NCBI GenBank assembly: GCA_963696985.1
Contig: CAVOMG010000001.1
Coordinates: 299,024 to 363,023, forward strand
Source of the DNA: an uncultured Thermoplasmata archaeon
GTDB taxonomy: Archaea; Thermoplasmatota; Thermoplasmata; Lutacidiplasmatales; UBA184
Reading direction: 5' to 3'
DNA: 64,000 nucleotides
Position numbers and translations under genes: made by a program. The stretch's first letter is position 1; each line of letters starts with the position of its first letter. The notes beneath the pieces were generated by a model. The model saw nothing but the letters and a program-made list of their open reading frames with translations. It was not told where the DNA came from and ran no database searches. This document shows, in pieces, positions 42,447-52,040 of this stretch.

Positions 42447-42467
42447 CCTGCCTGTCAGGCAGGTCGG

Positions 42468-42692
42468 TCAGCTCGCCGTCCAGGAGATCGGCGTCGCGTC
42501 CGCGACCCCCTTTGCCATCCCCAACCAGGAGTCGACGTCGTGAACATGTTCCAACGGTGTCTCGCGGGCCCAGCTCATCGCCGCCCGCAGGGCCAACGGG
42601 TTGACGTCAGCTGAATAGACGTCCCAGATCGAATTGGCAGGCTGGATCTGTTCCGGAGGGGCGTTCGATCGAGTGCCCCACGGTTGGGCCAA
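42468..42692 (-). CDS. Short hypothetical ORF (possible gene fragment).
   Basis: Protein-like sequence (IWDVYSADVNPLALRAAMSWARETPLEHVHDVDSW) but no clear start context. Lies downstream of the methyltransferase. Confidence 0.25.
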   Translation of the reverse strand: MAQPWGTRSNAPPEQIQPANSIWDVYSADVNPLALRAAMSWARETPLEHVHDVDSWLGMAKGVADATPISWTAS

Positions 42693-42803
42693 GATTGCTC
42701 CAACCTTCGCCGGGGAGTCGAGCAGCCACTGATGCGCTTGTACTGAAAGTTCAAGTCCCCCGCGGTGAGAGACTCCCCGAGAGCCGTCCGCCGGACCCGA
42801 GAC

Positions 42804-43718
42804 CTAGTGCCGCTCGGGTACCGCGGCCACTAGAATTCCGGCTCCTGCCCCCAGGAGTTCCGGCCAGCGGCCGGTCTCCTCTTCCAACCGAAGCGCCGTC
42901 GCATAGGCGACGGGATCCCGTCGGATAGTCCGCAGGAACGCGGGCTGGTTACCGAAATTGGGTCCGATGGCCATCATGTCGACGTTCCGCAAACCCGCGG
43001 CCGCCAAGTCCCGGTTCAGCTCAAAGGGCCGTCGCCAGATGATCTCTAAACGCGCCCAATGCCCGGGATCGTGGGGCTGGTAGCCGTCCCGGACGACCCG
43101 CCAGAGGTGGAACTCCTTCGGGTGGTGGAGGATCATCCGAGCCCCGGAGGGGTTCGGCGAAAGCAGGGTCATCGTCGCCTGGCTCGGTGTTTGGATCTCG
43201 AAGAGCATCCTGCCGCTCGGCTTCAGCAGTTGGCCCAGATCTCGCAGGACGCGCGGGAACTCGCGGGCGACGAACGGCAGGACCCCCAGGGCCACGATCC
43301 GATCGAATGACCGAGCGCGAAGGGGCAACGCCTCCAGCGAGCCTTCGATGAAGTTCCACGCGCTGCCGGGGTCTGGACGGGGGAGCCCCCGACGGCACGC
43401 CTTCAGCATCGGCAGGGAAAGGTCGAGCAGGCAGAGCGAGGAGTACTGATTCGCCAACAATCGGCTGAACCGACCCGGCCCGGGTCCGACCTCCAGGCAC
43501 GAGCCATCGACCCGTGGTGCATGGCGCGCCAAGAATCGGTGGATCAACTCCCGCCGATAGCTGCCGGTTACGCCCCGGGCGTACCGGCCGCGCTCGCGAG
43601 AGACGCCAGCTTTCCCGAAATAGGTCTGGAGGTTCTCATGACGCTTGACGAGGCCACCCGCGCGAGCGCGGTCTCGCCGCGGACGGTTCCGACCGTTCCG
43701 CCGATTTCCTGTCGCCAT
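42804..43718 (-). CDS. Class I SAM-dependent methyltransferase (Methyltransf_11/23-like).
   Basis: Motif I LEVGPGPGRFSRLLA and post-I LLDLS. Start position uncertain. Confidence 0.65.
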   Translation of the reverse strand: MATGNRRNGRNRPRRDRARAGGLVKRHENLQTYFGKAGVSRERGRYARGVTGSYRRELIHRFLARHAPRVDGSCLEVGPGPGRFSRLLANQYSSLCLLDLSLPMLKACRRGLPRPDPGSAWNFIEGSLEALPLRARSFDRIVALGVLPFVAREFPRVLRDLGQLLKPSGRMLFEIQTPSQATMTLLSPNPSGARMILHHPKEFHLWRVVRDGYQPHDPGHWARLEIIWRRPFELNRDLAAAGLRNVDMMAIGPNFGNQPAFLRTIRRDPVAYATALRLEEETGRWPELLGAGAGILVAAVPERH

Positions 43719-43957
43719 CCCGGTTCGAAGGCACGGTACGCCACCTTTTGAACCTAAAGCCGCCCGTATGGCCGCCGGGACCAGTTTGGCAGCCACTGGA
43801 GGGCAATGACGGAATGGTCAAAGCCCCATTTCTCGCGCAGTTCGAATGATTTGGCGTGCCGCGGAAGGGGTTCCCACCGGAGGTTCAGATCCACGACTCG
43901 GCCTCGCCTTCAAGAGTACACGTAAAGTTTTTAGTAAGCAATGGTTTCAGGTAAACC

Positions 43958-44194
43958 ATGAGCGATACTTCGGTAGTTAGCGTGAAGGTCGCCCCCGAGG
44001 TTTTGCAGGAGGTTCGACGGTCCAAGCAGGACATTGATTGGCCCGAGGAGCTCCGGCAATTCATCCAGGGCCGTCTTCGACGATGGCAATCGGAACGCGT
44101 GCTCGCCGAGATCCACGCGAAGCATGTCCGATTGAGCCCGCGGCCCCGGGGCTTCGCCGCCGGTCTCCTGCGGGAGGACCGTGACGGTCATTGA
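43958..44194 (+). CDS. vapB: VapB-like antitoxin (archaeal PIN-associated antitoxin family).
   Basis: 78-aa protein MSDTSVVSVKVAPEVLQEV... overlapping the downstream PIN gene by 14 nt. Confidence 0.65.
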   Translation: MSDTSVVSVKVAPEVLQEVRRSKQDIDWPEELRQFIQGRLRRWQSERVLAEIHAKHVRLSPRPRGFAAGLLREDRDGH

Positions 44195-44582
44195 TGCTTC
44201 CGCTTTCGTAGCCTTCGTACTTCGTGAGGAACACTGGGATTCCATCGAAGCAGTGCTTCATGAGGGGCCGACGTCGGTCGAGTTACTCCCTCTCGAGGCC
44301 ACGAACGCCGTCCTCACCGCACAGAGGCGAAAGCGAGTGGACCTGCCGGAGGCGAAGGAGGCACTCCGCATGATCCGGGATCTTTCGGGGCTGACGGTCA
44401 CCCTCTCGCCGCACCCTCCGCTTCTCGCTGCGACGTGGGAGATCGCGCACGACCAGGAGCTGACCGTATACGACGCCGTGTACATCGCGCTCGCTCGCCG
44501 GGAACGGACGGCGTTGGCATCGAGGGACCGAGCCCAGCTGATCGCCGCTCGAAACGTGGGGGTCCGCGCTCTCGAAGTCTGA
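44181..44582 (+). CDS. vapC: PIN-domain ribonuclease toxin VapC.
   Basis: VIDASAFVAFV (first Asp), ...TVYDAVYIALA (conserved D), ~133 aa, typical VapC architecture. Confidence 0.8.
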   Translation: MTVIDASAFVAFVLREEHWDSIEAVLHEGPTSVELLPLEATNAVLTAQRRKRVDLPEAKEALRMIRDLSGLTVTLSPHPPLLAATWEIAHDQELTVYDAVYIALARRERTALASRDRAQLIAARNVGVRALEV

Positions 44583-45092
44583 AACGATTGCCGATCCTAT
44601 GCGAGGAAGTTCCCGATCGAGCGCTGGCCGTGGTGCCGGATGAAACGACAACCCTACTCCCCTTATCACGGATCGCCGGAGAGTTCGCGGTCGGGATCCG
44701 TGGGCTCCCCGTCGGACGGACGGCTCGGCTCAGTGGTATGCAACAGTAAGACTCACCGACGCCGCGCTTGGCATCGAGGCTTCGAACCCCTCAAGACCCG
44801 TTGCCTCAATCCGGATCAAATCGCGGCGATGGATCTGGGTAAGCTAGACCGAGCCTTCTACCTTGAACGAACGACGTTCGCAGGGGATCCGTCGATCGTC
44901 GTGATCGTCAGCCACTGGAGGGCATCCCGGAATTGTTCTTATCCCCTGAATCCTGCCCCGGGCGGTTTCGGAACGCGAGCCAGGAGGCGTGGGCCGGACC
45001 TTGGGTCCGGCCCTCGAGCAGCCGATCAGGGTTTCGGGACCGAGACCGACGGCGACCGTATGTCGTAGATACTCCTTATTACTCCAAGTAAC

Positions 45093-45347
45093 ATGGGTAC
45101 TATTACGACCATGCCGAAAGCAGTCGTGGAACTCTCGGAGCATGCCAACCGAGTCGTCAACGTGGTCAAAGCCCGAGACGGCCTCAAGGGCAAGTCCGAA
45201 GCCCTCGAGAGCATCGTTGCGGCCTACGAGGAGAGGATCCTCGAACCATCTCTGCGCCCGGGGTTCCTCGAGGAGTTGCAACGAGTTCGCAGGGGCAATT
45301 TCCGCAGAATCGATTCGTTAGACCAGGTTCTGGGTGGGACCCGTTGA
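45093..45347 (+). CDS. Type II antitoxin (small DNA-binding protein) paired with a RelE/ParE toxin.
   Basis: 84 aa. ATGA overlap (45344-45347) with the toxin gene. N-terminal MPKAVVELSEHANRVVNVVKAR resembles archaeal antitoxin families. Confidence 0.6.
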   Translation: MGTITTMPKAVVELSEHANRVVNVVKARDGLKGKSEALESIVAAYEERILEPSLRPGFLEELQRVRRGNFRRIDSLDQVLGGTR

Positions 45348-45613
45348 GGTGGAACCTCGAGGTCTCCCCTGAGTTCGAGGAAGACTATCGGAAGCTTTGC
45401 GGCCGTAACGCCGGTGTCAAACGCGCTGTCGATTCCAAGGTGCGACAGATTCTCGCGGCTCCTCTTCACTACAAGCCCCTTCGCGCTCCGCTGCAAGGCA
45501 TACGGAGGGTTCACATCGCAAGCGTCTACGTTCTGCTGTTCGAGCCAGTCCCGGCCCAGCACTCGGTTCGTTTGCTACGCTTAGCCCATCATGATGAAGC
45601 GTACGGGATTTAG
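45344..45613 (+). CDS. relE: RelE/ParE-family toxin.
   Basis: 89 aa. C-terminal pattern PLQGIRRVHIASVYVLLFEP...VRLLRLAHHDEAY matches the RelE/ParE superfamily (R...GHH..Y). Confidence 0.65.
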   Translation: MRWNLEVSPEFEEDYRKLCGRNAGVKRAVDSKVRQILAAPLHYKPLRAPLQGIRRVHIASVYVLLFEPVPAQHSVRLLRLAHHDEAYGI

Positions 45614-45897
45614 TAAGGGGAAGGGGGGGTTACAAAATACCCTGCCTCGAAAAGGATGAGGGCCCGTTTCGGGGAGGGGGTCTTAGAAAAGGTGAGCCTA
45701 GTTAGAAGGGTTCAGGCTGGGAGGACAGGCAGAGACTCTCCCTCCCCGTGCCCTGAACTCGTTCAAAGATTCAAAATACATTTAGGCAACGCGGACCACC
45801 GCGCGGCTTCGACGAGATCGAAGCGCGGGAACGACGACCCCGGACCCGCCGGCCCATTCGGGTCACCACGTTCAATTCAGCGCGACCGGGTTTTCGC

Positions 45898-46872
45898 TTA
45901 GGACACAGCGCTCGAGGGTGCCGCGGAGGAGTAGTCGACGCCGGAGACCTTGACGACGGCCTGCCACGCGGCTTCCTGGTTGGCGCGATCGTGAAAGTGC
46001 GGGTGGCGCATCGCTTCGATTGGGCCTGTGAGCTTCTTCGGCGCCGAGGCGAAGAATTGGCCCGAGACGTCGGTTCCGAACTCCGATGCCTGGAGGTAGC
46101 GACGAGCCGCGGTCTCCGGCGTATGAGACATGCCGGGGATGTGCTTTGACAGCGGGATCAACAGCCACTTCGTGGCCCCCCGAGCGTTCCGCACCGCCTG
46201 GGTGTCGGGCGCGGCACCGGGCGAGACGGCATATACAGCCATGCCGGAGGGTAGGCGACGCGCCAGTGCAGCGGCCCACCAAGCGATGATGAGCTTCGCG
46301 TCAGCGAACGCCAGGTTGGGCCGGTACTTCACGTTCGGCCCGCCGCGCAACAGGGCTTCCACGGCGGCAATTCGGTCACCCTGGTGATGAGTGGCCGCGA
46401 GGGCCGCGACGTCGGTGTAGCTGAACATAGGTACGTCCCCTCGGGCAGCTTCCGAGCCAGCGATAACTATCCGCGCGCTGGGGCTAAGCAGGTTGGCGCG
46501 GAGCAACCCCACGGTCAGTTGATGATGGCCGATCAGTGGGGCCTGAGCCGCCTCAATTCCCTTCACGGTGACCAGACGCTCCTTGCCGCCGAGCATCCCC
46601 GCATTGAGCAGAAGAAAATCGATCGGTCGACCTAGCTTGACCAGCTCAGTTAGAGCGGACTGAACGCTTGTCGGCGAACCCAAATCCAGCTCCAGCGGCG
46701 TGAAGACCTGTTTGTTTGTTTCAGCTGCGAGCTGAGAGGCCGTTTCCCGGACCCGGGCCAGGGTGCGGCCCGTGACAATGACCTGGCGGCAGCCCCCGGC
46801 GGCGAGCATACTGGCTGCCGCATAACCGAGCCCGGAGGTGGTGCCGGTAACGAGAGCGATCGAATGTTTCAT
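45898..46872 (-). CDS. SDR-family oxidoreductase.
   Basis: IALVTGTTSGLGYAAA Rossmann motif, ~324 aa, apparently intact. Divergent from a TetR gene. Confidence 0.7.
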   Translation of the reverse strand: MKHSIALVTGTTSGLGYAAASMLAAGGCRQVIVTGRTLARVRETASQLAAETNKQVFTPLELDLGSPTSVQSALTELVKLGRPIDFLLLNAGMLGGKERLVTVKGIEAAQAPLIGHHQLTVGLLRANLLSPSARIVIAGSEAARGDVPMFSYTDVAALAATHHQGDRIAAVEALLRGGPNVKYRPNLAFADAKLIIAWWAAALARRLPSGMAVYAVSPGAAPDTQAVRNARGATKWLLIPLSKHIPGMSHTPETAARRYLQASEFGTDVSGQFFASAPKKLTGPIEAMRHPHFHDRANQEAAWQAVVKVSGVDYSSAAPSSAVS

Positions 46873-46909
46873 ACAAGCCTTTTTCATCCTCAGGAAGTAT
46901 TTCGTCTTT

Positions 46910-47545
46910 ATGGACCGTAACGTCTCGAAAATGGTGAACAGCTCCTATGACCAACTCGGAGAAGGACCCCGGAGAAGACGGGGTCGTCCCAGGAGCGAGG
47001 CCAGCCGAGCGGCGATCCTCTCGGCCGCCCTGTTCCTGGTAGGGGAGATGGGATACGGAAAGGTGACTTTGGAAAGGATTGCCAGCCATGCCCGGGTCGG
47101 TAAGCAGACGATCTACCGATGGTGGGACTCGCGGGCGAGCCTCATGTCAGAGGTCGTTCGAGAACTGGCCCTCGAGAAGGTCCAAGACCGGGACTTGGGT
47201 TCCCTTCGGAGCGATCTTGAGCATTTCATAGGCGCGGGGTTCGACTTTCCGCTCGACGTTCCTCAGGTGCCAGCGCTCCTTCAGGGCCTCATGGCCGAGG
47301 CCCAATTCGACCCTGATTTTCACAAGCGGCTTCTTCGCGAGCTGCTCGAACCTCGTAGGGCAGCCATGCGGGCCGTGTTAGAGCGTGCGCGTTCACGAGG
47401 GGACTTGCGCCGGACCATTGACATAGAGCTTGTAATCGACATAGTCCACGGGGTCCTTTGGTACAACCTTCTCGCCACCCGCCGTCCCCTAACTCGGCGA
47501 GTGGCTCGAAACCTTGCAGAGGTGATCGCCCGAGCGTCAACATGA
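46910..47545 (+). CDS. TetR/AcrR-family transcriptional regulator.
   Basis: N-terminal HTH (AAILSAALFLVGEMGYGKVTLERIASHARVGKQTIYRWW). Confidence 0.8.
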   Translation: MDRNVSKMVNSSYDQLGEGPRRRRGRPRSEASRAAILSAALFLVGEMGYGKVTLERIASHARVGKQTIYRWWDSRASLMSEVVRELALEKVQDRDLGSLRSDLEHFIGAGFDFPLDVPQVPALLQGLMAEAQFDPDFHKRLLRELLEPRRAAMRAVLERARSRGDLRRTIDIELVIDIVHGVLWYNLLATRRPLTRRVARNLAEVIARAST

Positions 47546-47817
47546 CCTTCGTTCTCGCCTATCTTCGCCGACAATCACCCTAGACCGGCAGAACAGCCCG
47601 CTCGTCCAAGCGAGGCGCCTGCCCGTGCCCGTCGTGAAGGTCCCACGAGCCAATCTACGTCCTTTGGCTCTAGGTGCGGCCCGAGTAACCTGACGAGGTC
47701 CGGGAGTGCCGTTTGAGAAGGCACCCGTTTTGGGACGCAACACTTTTCAGGATTCTCCCCGAAGGGCCGACTGAAATGTTGAGGGTTCCTCTCTGGAGCG
47801 CCCAGGAGAATCGGGCC

Positions 47818-47891
47818 AGCCACTGGAGGGACTTGAACCCCCGACCTGCTGATTACGAATCAGCCGCTCTGCCAGACTGAGCTACAGTGGC
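47818..47891 (-). tRNA. tRNA-Thr (anticodon CGU).
   Basis: Folded by hand: acceptor GCCACUG/CAGUGGC, D-stem GCUC/GAGC, anticodon stem GCUGA/UCAGC with loop UUCGUAA, T-arm GGGGG-UUCAAGU-CCCUC, discriminator U. No encoded CCA. Confidence 0.85.
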
Positions 47892-47952
47892 GCTGCGCCG
47901 GCACGAGAAACCCGCGCTCTTAATCTCTCGGCCCCGAGCGCGGCCCCCGGGT

Positions 47953-48462
47953 TCACTCCGGGCCGAGCATCCGGATCCGGTGCGGGCCGCGGATCTCCTC
48001 GAGGTATTCGGCCACGGCCGTGGGGACGAACGGCTTCCATGGGATCTCCTCGAGGATCGCCGAACGGATCTTCAGGCCCTGGAGGGACTCGCGCCCGAAG
48101 AGCGGGGTCGACTCGACCGCGATCGATTCCCGCTCGAAGAGCTCGCGGGTGAGGGGGTTGTTCGTGTAAACCCGGTCGAACGGGGGGACGATCTCGCGGA
48201 CGTGGGCCGCCCAGAGCGCGTGGCGGTCGATGTCCGGGATCGGGACCGTTAGGCAGTCGGCGAGATGGTCCTCGGCGGCCGCCCGAGCGATCATCTCGGC
48301 CCTTTCCGCCGCCGTGAACGGGTTCTCCGGAGTGAACGACTCCTCCGAGCTACCGATCCCGAGCAGGAGGGTCTCGCTCGGGTGGAGCTTTCGGATGTAC
48401 CGGGCGACCTCGAGGTGGCCCAAGTGGAACGGTTGGAAGCGCCCGATCAATAGACCGCGCAC
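47953..48462 (-). CDS. nadM: Nicotinamide-nucleotide adenylyltransferase, archaeal type.
   Basis: RGLLIGRFQPFHLGHLEVARYI (HxGH nucleotidyltransferase motif), ~170 aa. GTG start at 48462. Upstream ORF sequence is non-coding read-through. Confidence 0.8.
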   Translation of the reverse strand: MRGLLIGRFQPFHLGHLEVARYIRKLHPSETLLLGIGSSEESFTPENPFTAAERAEMIARAAAEDHLADCLTVPIPDIDRHALWAAHVREIVPPFDRVYTNNPLTRELFERESIAVESTPLFGRESLQGLKIRSAILEEIPWKPFVPTAVAEYLEEIRGPHRIRMLGPE

Positions 48463-48482
48463 CCTGCCCTCCCCCGTGCTCG

Positions 48483-48629
48483 CTAGTCGGGCGAGAGGTC
48501 TTCGACGTCCTCGATGAACTCGTCGATATGGGGACAGGCCGAGGTCAGGTAGAGCCGGCAGTGCCGGCATCGGGTGTCGTCGGAGGAGCGCGGCAGCGAC
48601 TTGTTGAAGGTGTAGCAGGGCCGGCCCAT
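48483..48629 (-). CDS. Small Cys-rich protein (48 aa), hypothetical.
   Basis: MGRPCYTFNKSLPRSSDDTRCRHCRLYLTSACPHIDEFIEDVEDLSPD has 4 Cys + His and an acidic tail. Sits between lonB and nadM on the same strand. Confidence 0.35.
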   Translation of the reverse strand: MGRPCYTFNKSLPRSSDDTRCRHCRLYLTSACPHIDEFIEDVEDLSPD

Positions 48630-48703
48630 GAACTTCGACTCGTCCTCCTCTTCCGAGGGAGGGCGTACGGGCGCGTAGTGGGCCGGGAGACGGATCGACG
48701 CCC

Positions 48704-50741
48704 TCACGACCCCGCCGGCTGAGCCGGAGGGGCCGCGATCCCGCCGGACGGCTCGATCCGGCTCGTGGCGTGCACCATCGCGGCCAAGCGCTCGAGGAGG
48801 GATTCCTTTTCGCGGCCCTGCCCGACCAACGCATACTTCAGGACATCCCGCAGGGTCCGCACCGGGATCACCTCGATCGCGTGGCGGTAGCGCGTCTCCA
48901 GGACGAGGTCCGCCAGATTGTCCTCGGGGACGAGGACCCGCTTGAGGCCCGAATCGGCCGCGGCCTCGACCTTGGCCGTGACCCCCCCGACGGGTAGGAC
49001 CTGTCCGCGGACCGAGAGCGAACCGGTCATCGCGACCGACTGGTCGACCGGCACCCCCTCGAGGGCGCTGATCACCGCGGTCGCGATCGAGACCGAGGCG
49101 CTGTCCCCCTCCACCCCGTCGGAGGTCCCCACGAACTGGATGTGGATGTCGTAGCTCGAGATGTCCGCACCCGTGTACTTCTTGATGAGGGCGGTCACGT
49201 TCTGGACCGCCTCGCGGGCGATCTCCCCGAGTTTCCCGGTCGCCACCACGACCCCGCCGTTCCGGGTCTGAGCCGGAGTGACCTCGGCGACGATCGGGAG
49301 CACGATCCCGGAGAATTCCGACATCCCGGACTGGGCGTTGATCGCGGCGAGGCCGTTCACGATGCCCACTGCGGCGCCCTCGACCTTGAACATCCGGTAC
49401 TCCTTGCGGCGCTCGATGTACCGGTCCGCGATCTGCTGCTCGAGGGATCGGCTCGATCGCTTGGCCCGGAACACGTGCTCCGCGGTCACGATGCGAGCGG
49501 CGTCGGAGTTCGCGAGGTCCCCCGCGACGCGGACGAGGCCGCCGAGCTCGCGGAGGCGCAGGGTGAGCTGACCGGAGCGGCCGGCCCGCCGCTGGGCCTC
49601 CCGGAGGACTTCGGCGACGGCCCCCATGTCGAAGTGGGCGATCTTCTTGTCCTTCGCGACCTCCTGGGCAACGAAGCGGACGATCTTCATCCGGTTCTCC
49701 GGGATGTCCGGCATCGTGGTCTTGACGTAGACCTCGTAGCCGTACCCCCGGATCCGCGAGCGGAGCGCCGGGTGCATCGCCTGGACGCTGTCGACGTTCC
49801 CGGCGGCGACGAGGACGAAGTCCGCCGGCACCGGCTCCGTCTTGACCATGGCGCCGGCCGAGCGCTCCGACTGGCCGACGATCGGGAACCTTCGCTCCTG
49901 GAGGGTCGTGAGGAGCGAGTGCTGGCTCTCGATCTTCAGGAGGTTGATCTCGTCGACGAAGAGGACCCCGCCGTTTGCCTTGTGGATGGCCCCGACCTCG
50001 ACGCGCTCATGGGGCGGCGTCTCGAGCCCGCCTGACTGGAACGGGTCGTGCTTCACGTCGCCGAGGAGTGCCCCGGCGTGGGCGCCCGTGGCGTCGATGA
50101 ACGGCGGACGGTCGTCGGGCGTGTGCGAAACCAGGAGCTTCGCCACACCGTTCCCCGAGTCGGACCGGCCGCCGGAGAGGCGCGCGAAGACGTAGATCAC
50201 GAGGACGATCAGGAGAGCGACGAGGATCGCGGTCGGGTCGTGGCCCGGGGTGCTCCAGACGATGTAGAGGGCGAAGCCGAAGATCACGAGCGCGGCGAGG
50301 ATCACGAGGATCATCCGCTGCTCCTTCCGCTGGGCGACCTCGAGCTTCTGGGCCGCAACGATCTCCTTCCCTTTCCCGGACGGGACGACCCGGATCTTCG
50401 GCTCGTTCGGGTCGTCGGTGTTGGGGTAGGCGAGGATATCCTGGAGCTGCTCCTTGGGGAGGAAGTCGACCATCGACCGGGCGAGCATGCTCTTCCCGGT
50501 GCCGGGCTCCCCGATCAGGAGCATGTGGCGCTTCTGGGTCGCCGCCTTCTTGGCGACCTCGACCGCCTCGTCCTGACCGATGACCTGGTCGAGGAGCCTC
50601 GGCGGGACCTCGACCTGGGCGGTCGTTTCGTACGGAAGCTGCTTCGACCAGGCGTCGAGCTCCGCGGAAGGGTCGACGCTGGGCCCTTCCGCCTTCGGCT
50701 TCTCGGAAGGGGAGTCCGTAACTGCCTCTCTTTCGCCCACG
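48704..50741 (-). CDS. lonB: Archaeal-type Lon protease (LonB) with a membrane insertion in the AAA+ module.
   Basis: Walker [11 protein letters not shown], two TM helices inside the ATPase domain ([18 protein letters not shown]... / [14 protein letters not shown]) and the C-terminal Lon protease Ser-Lys domain. Start ~50740 (GTG). The annotated ORF extends upstream through non-coding DNA. Confidence 0.85.
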
Positions 50742-50763
50742 GAACTCCGTCGGAGTTCCTGGC

Positions 50764-50793
50764 AATAAATCAAGGGGGGCGCCCTATAAATGA
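50764..50793. promoter_or_regulatory. Two TATA-like boxes (aataaat and ctataaat) in the lonB/folD divergent intergenic region.
   Basis: Conspicuous A/T-rich boxes in a GC-rich spacer, ~25 nt upstream of the lonB start on the minus strand. Confidence 0.4.
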
Positions 50794-50957
50794 TTTGGTC
50801 CCTAAATTCTGTGATGGACCGCCGGCAGCGTCCCGGTGCGACGGCCTGACCGCCGATCCCGCCGTCCCTTGACCCCCGGTAGGTCTCCGGCCTCCCGCCA
50901 TCGAATCGACTCGGCCGGGCCGTTATTACGCCGACCTCGTTCGCGAAGCGGGTTCGC

Positions 50958-51844
50958 ATGACCGAGCGCTTGGACGGTCGGCCCGTGGCGGACCGGATGT
51001 TGGAGGCGGTCCGGACCCGTCTCGAATCCTCCCCCGATCGGCCGGCCTGCCTCGCGAGCGTCCACCTCGGCGCGCCCACCCCGTTTTCGGTCTACCTACG
51101 GAGGCAGGAACGGGCCGCCGAGAAGGTCGGCATCCGGTTCCGTTCCGAGAGTCTCGGACCCGCCCCCACCGCCGAGCGGCTGCTCGAGCGGGTCCGCGCG
51201 CTCGATTCGGACCCTTCGGTCGACGCGGTCCTCGTGGAGCACCCGATGCCCGAGGTCCTCGATTTCCCCACGGCCGTCGCAGCCCTGCGCCCTGAGAAGG
51301 ACGTCGACGGGGTCGGACCCGCGAACCTTGGCCGAATGGTCGGCTTCCGACCGGCCCATGTCCCCGCGGTGGCGCGGGCCGCCCTCGAGATCCTAAAGTT
51401 CTACCGAATACCCGTCGCGGGTCGACGCGTCGCCGTGCTCGGCCGTTCGGGAACGGTCGGCCTCCCGATCGCCCTCCTCCTGCTCGCTCGGGGCGCTACC
51501 GGGGACGCGACCGTTACGGTCGCCCACTCGAGGACGCCCGACCTCGCGGTGGCGCTCGCCGGCGCCGAGGTCATCTTCAGCTGCGCGGGGCGGCCCGGGC
51601 TCCTCGACCGGTCAATCGTCCCGAAGGGCGCTTGCATCGTCGACGTCGGGCTCTCCATGGTGCCCGACCCCGCGAAGCCGGGGCCCTGCGGGGAGTGGGG
51701 GATGCGAACGCGGAAGCCCTTGACGGGTGGGCCAGCGCGATCACGCCGGTTCCGGGCGGGGTGGGCCCGGTATCGGTCGCGGCGCTCATGCTCGGGGTCG
51801 CGGAGGCGCACGCCCATCCGGGTCCCGGACGGTCGCCATGGTGA
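50958..51844 (+). CDS. folD: Bifunctional methylenetetrahydrofolate dehydrogenase/cyclohydrolase, C-terminal frameshift ~51690-51730.
   Basis: FolD N- and central domains. The conserved C-terminus [20 protein letters not shown] is in ORF 51632..51844. Confidence 0.8.
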
Positions 51845-52040
51845 AGCGGGCGCCCGCCCAGACGGCCGTCCAGGCGGTCCCCTTGCATTGCCGTGACTGT
51901 CCCATGTGGTACGGGGCCGAGGATCAGGGGTGGGGCCCCTGCTCGATCAAGAACCGCCGCCACGACGAGCGGTTCCTGACCTACGGGGGCCACGAATGCG
52001 ACGAGGGCTACCGGCCACCGCCGGGCACGGTCGGCCGGGC
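51838..52040 (+). CDS. Small Cys/His-rich protein (possible zinc-binding), hypothetical. Extent uncertain.
   Basis: [58 protein letters not shown]. The ATG overlaps the folD stop (ATGGTGA). The downstream part overlaps the radical SAM gene on the opposite strand. Confidence 0.3.
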
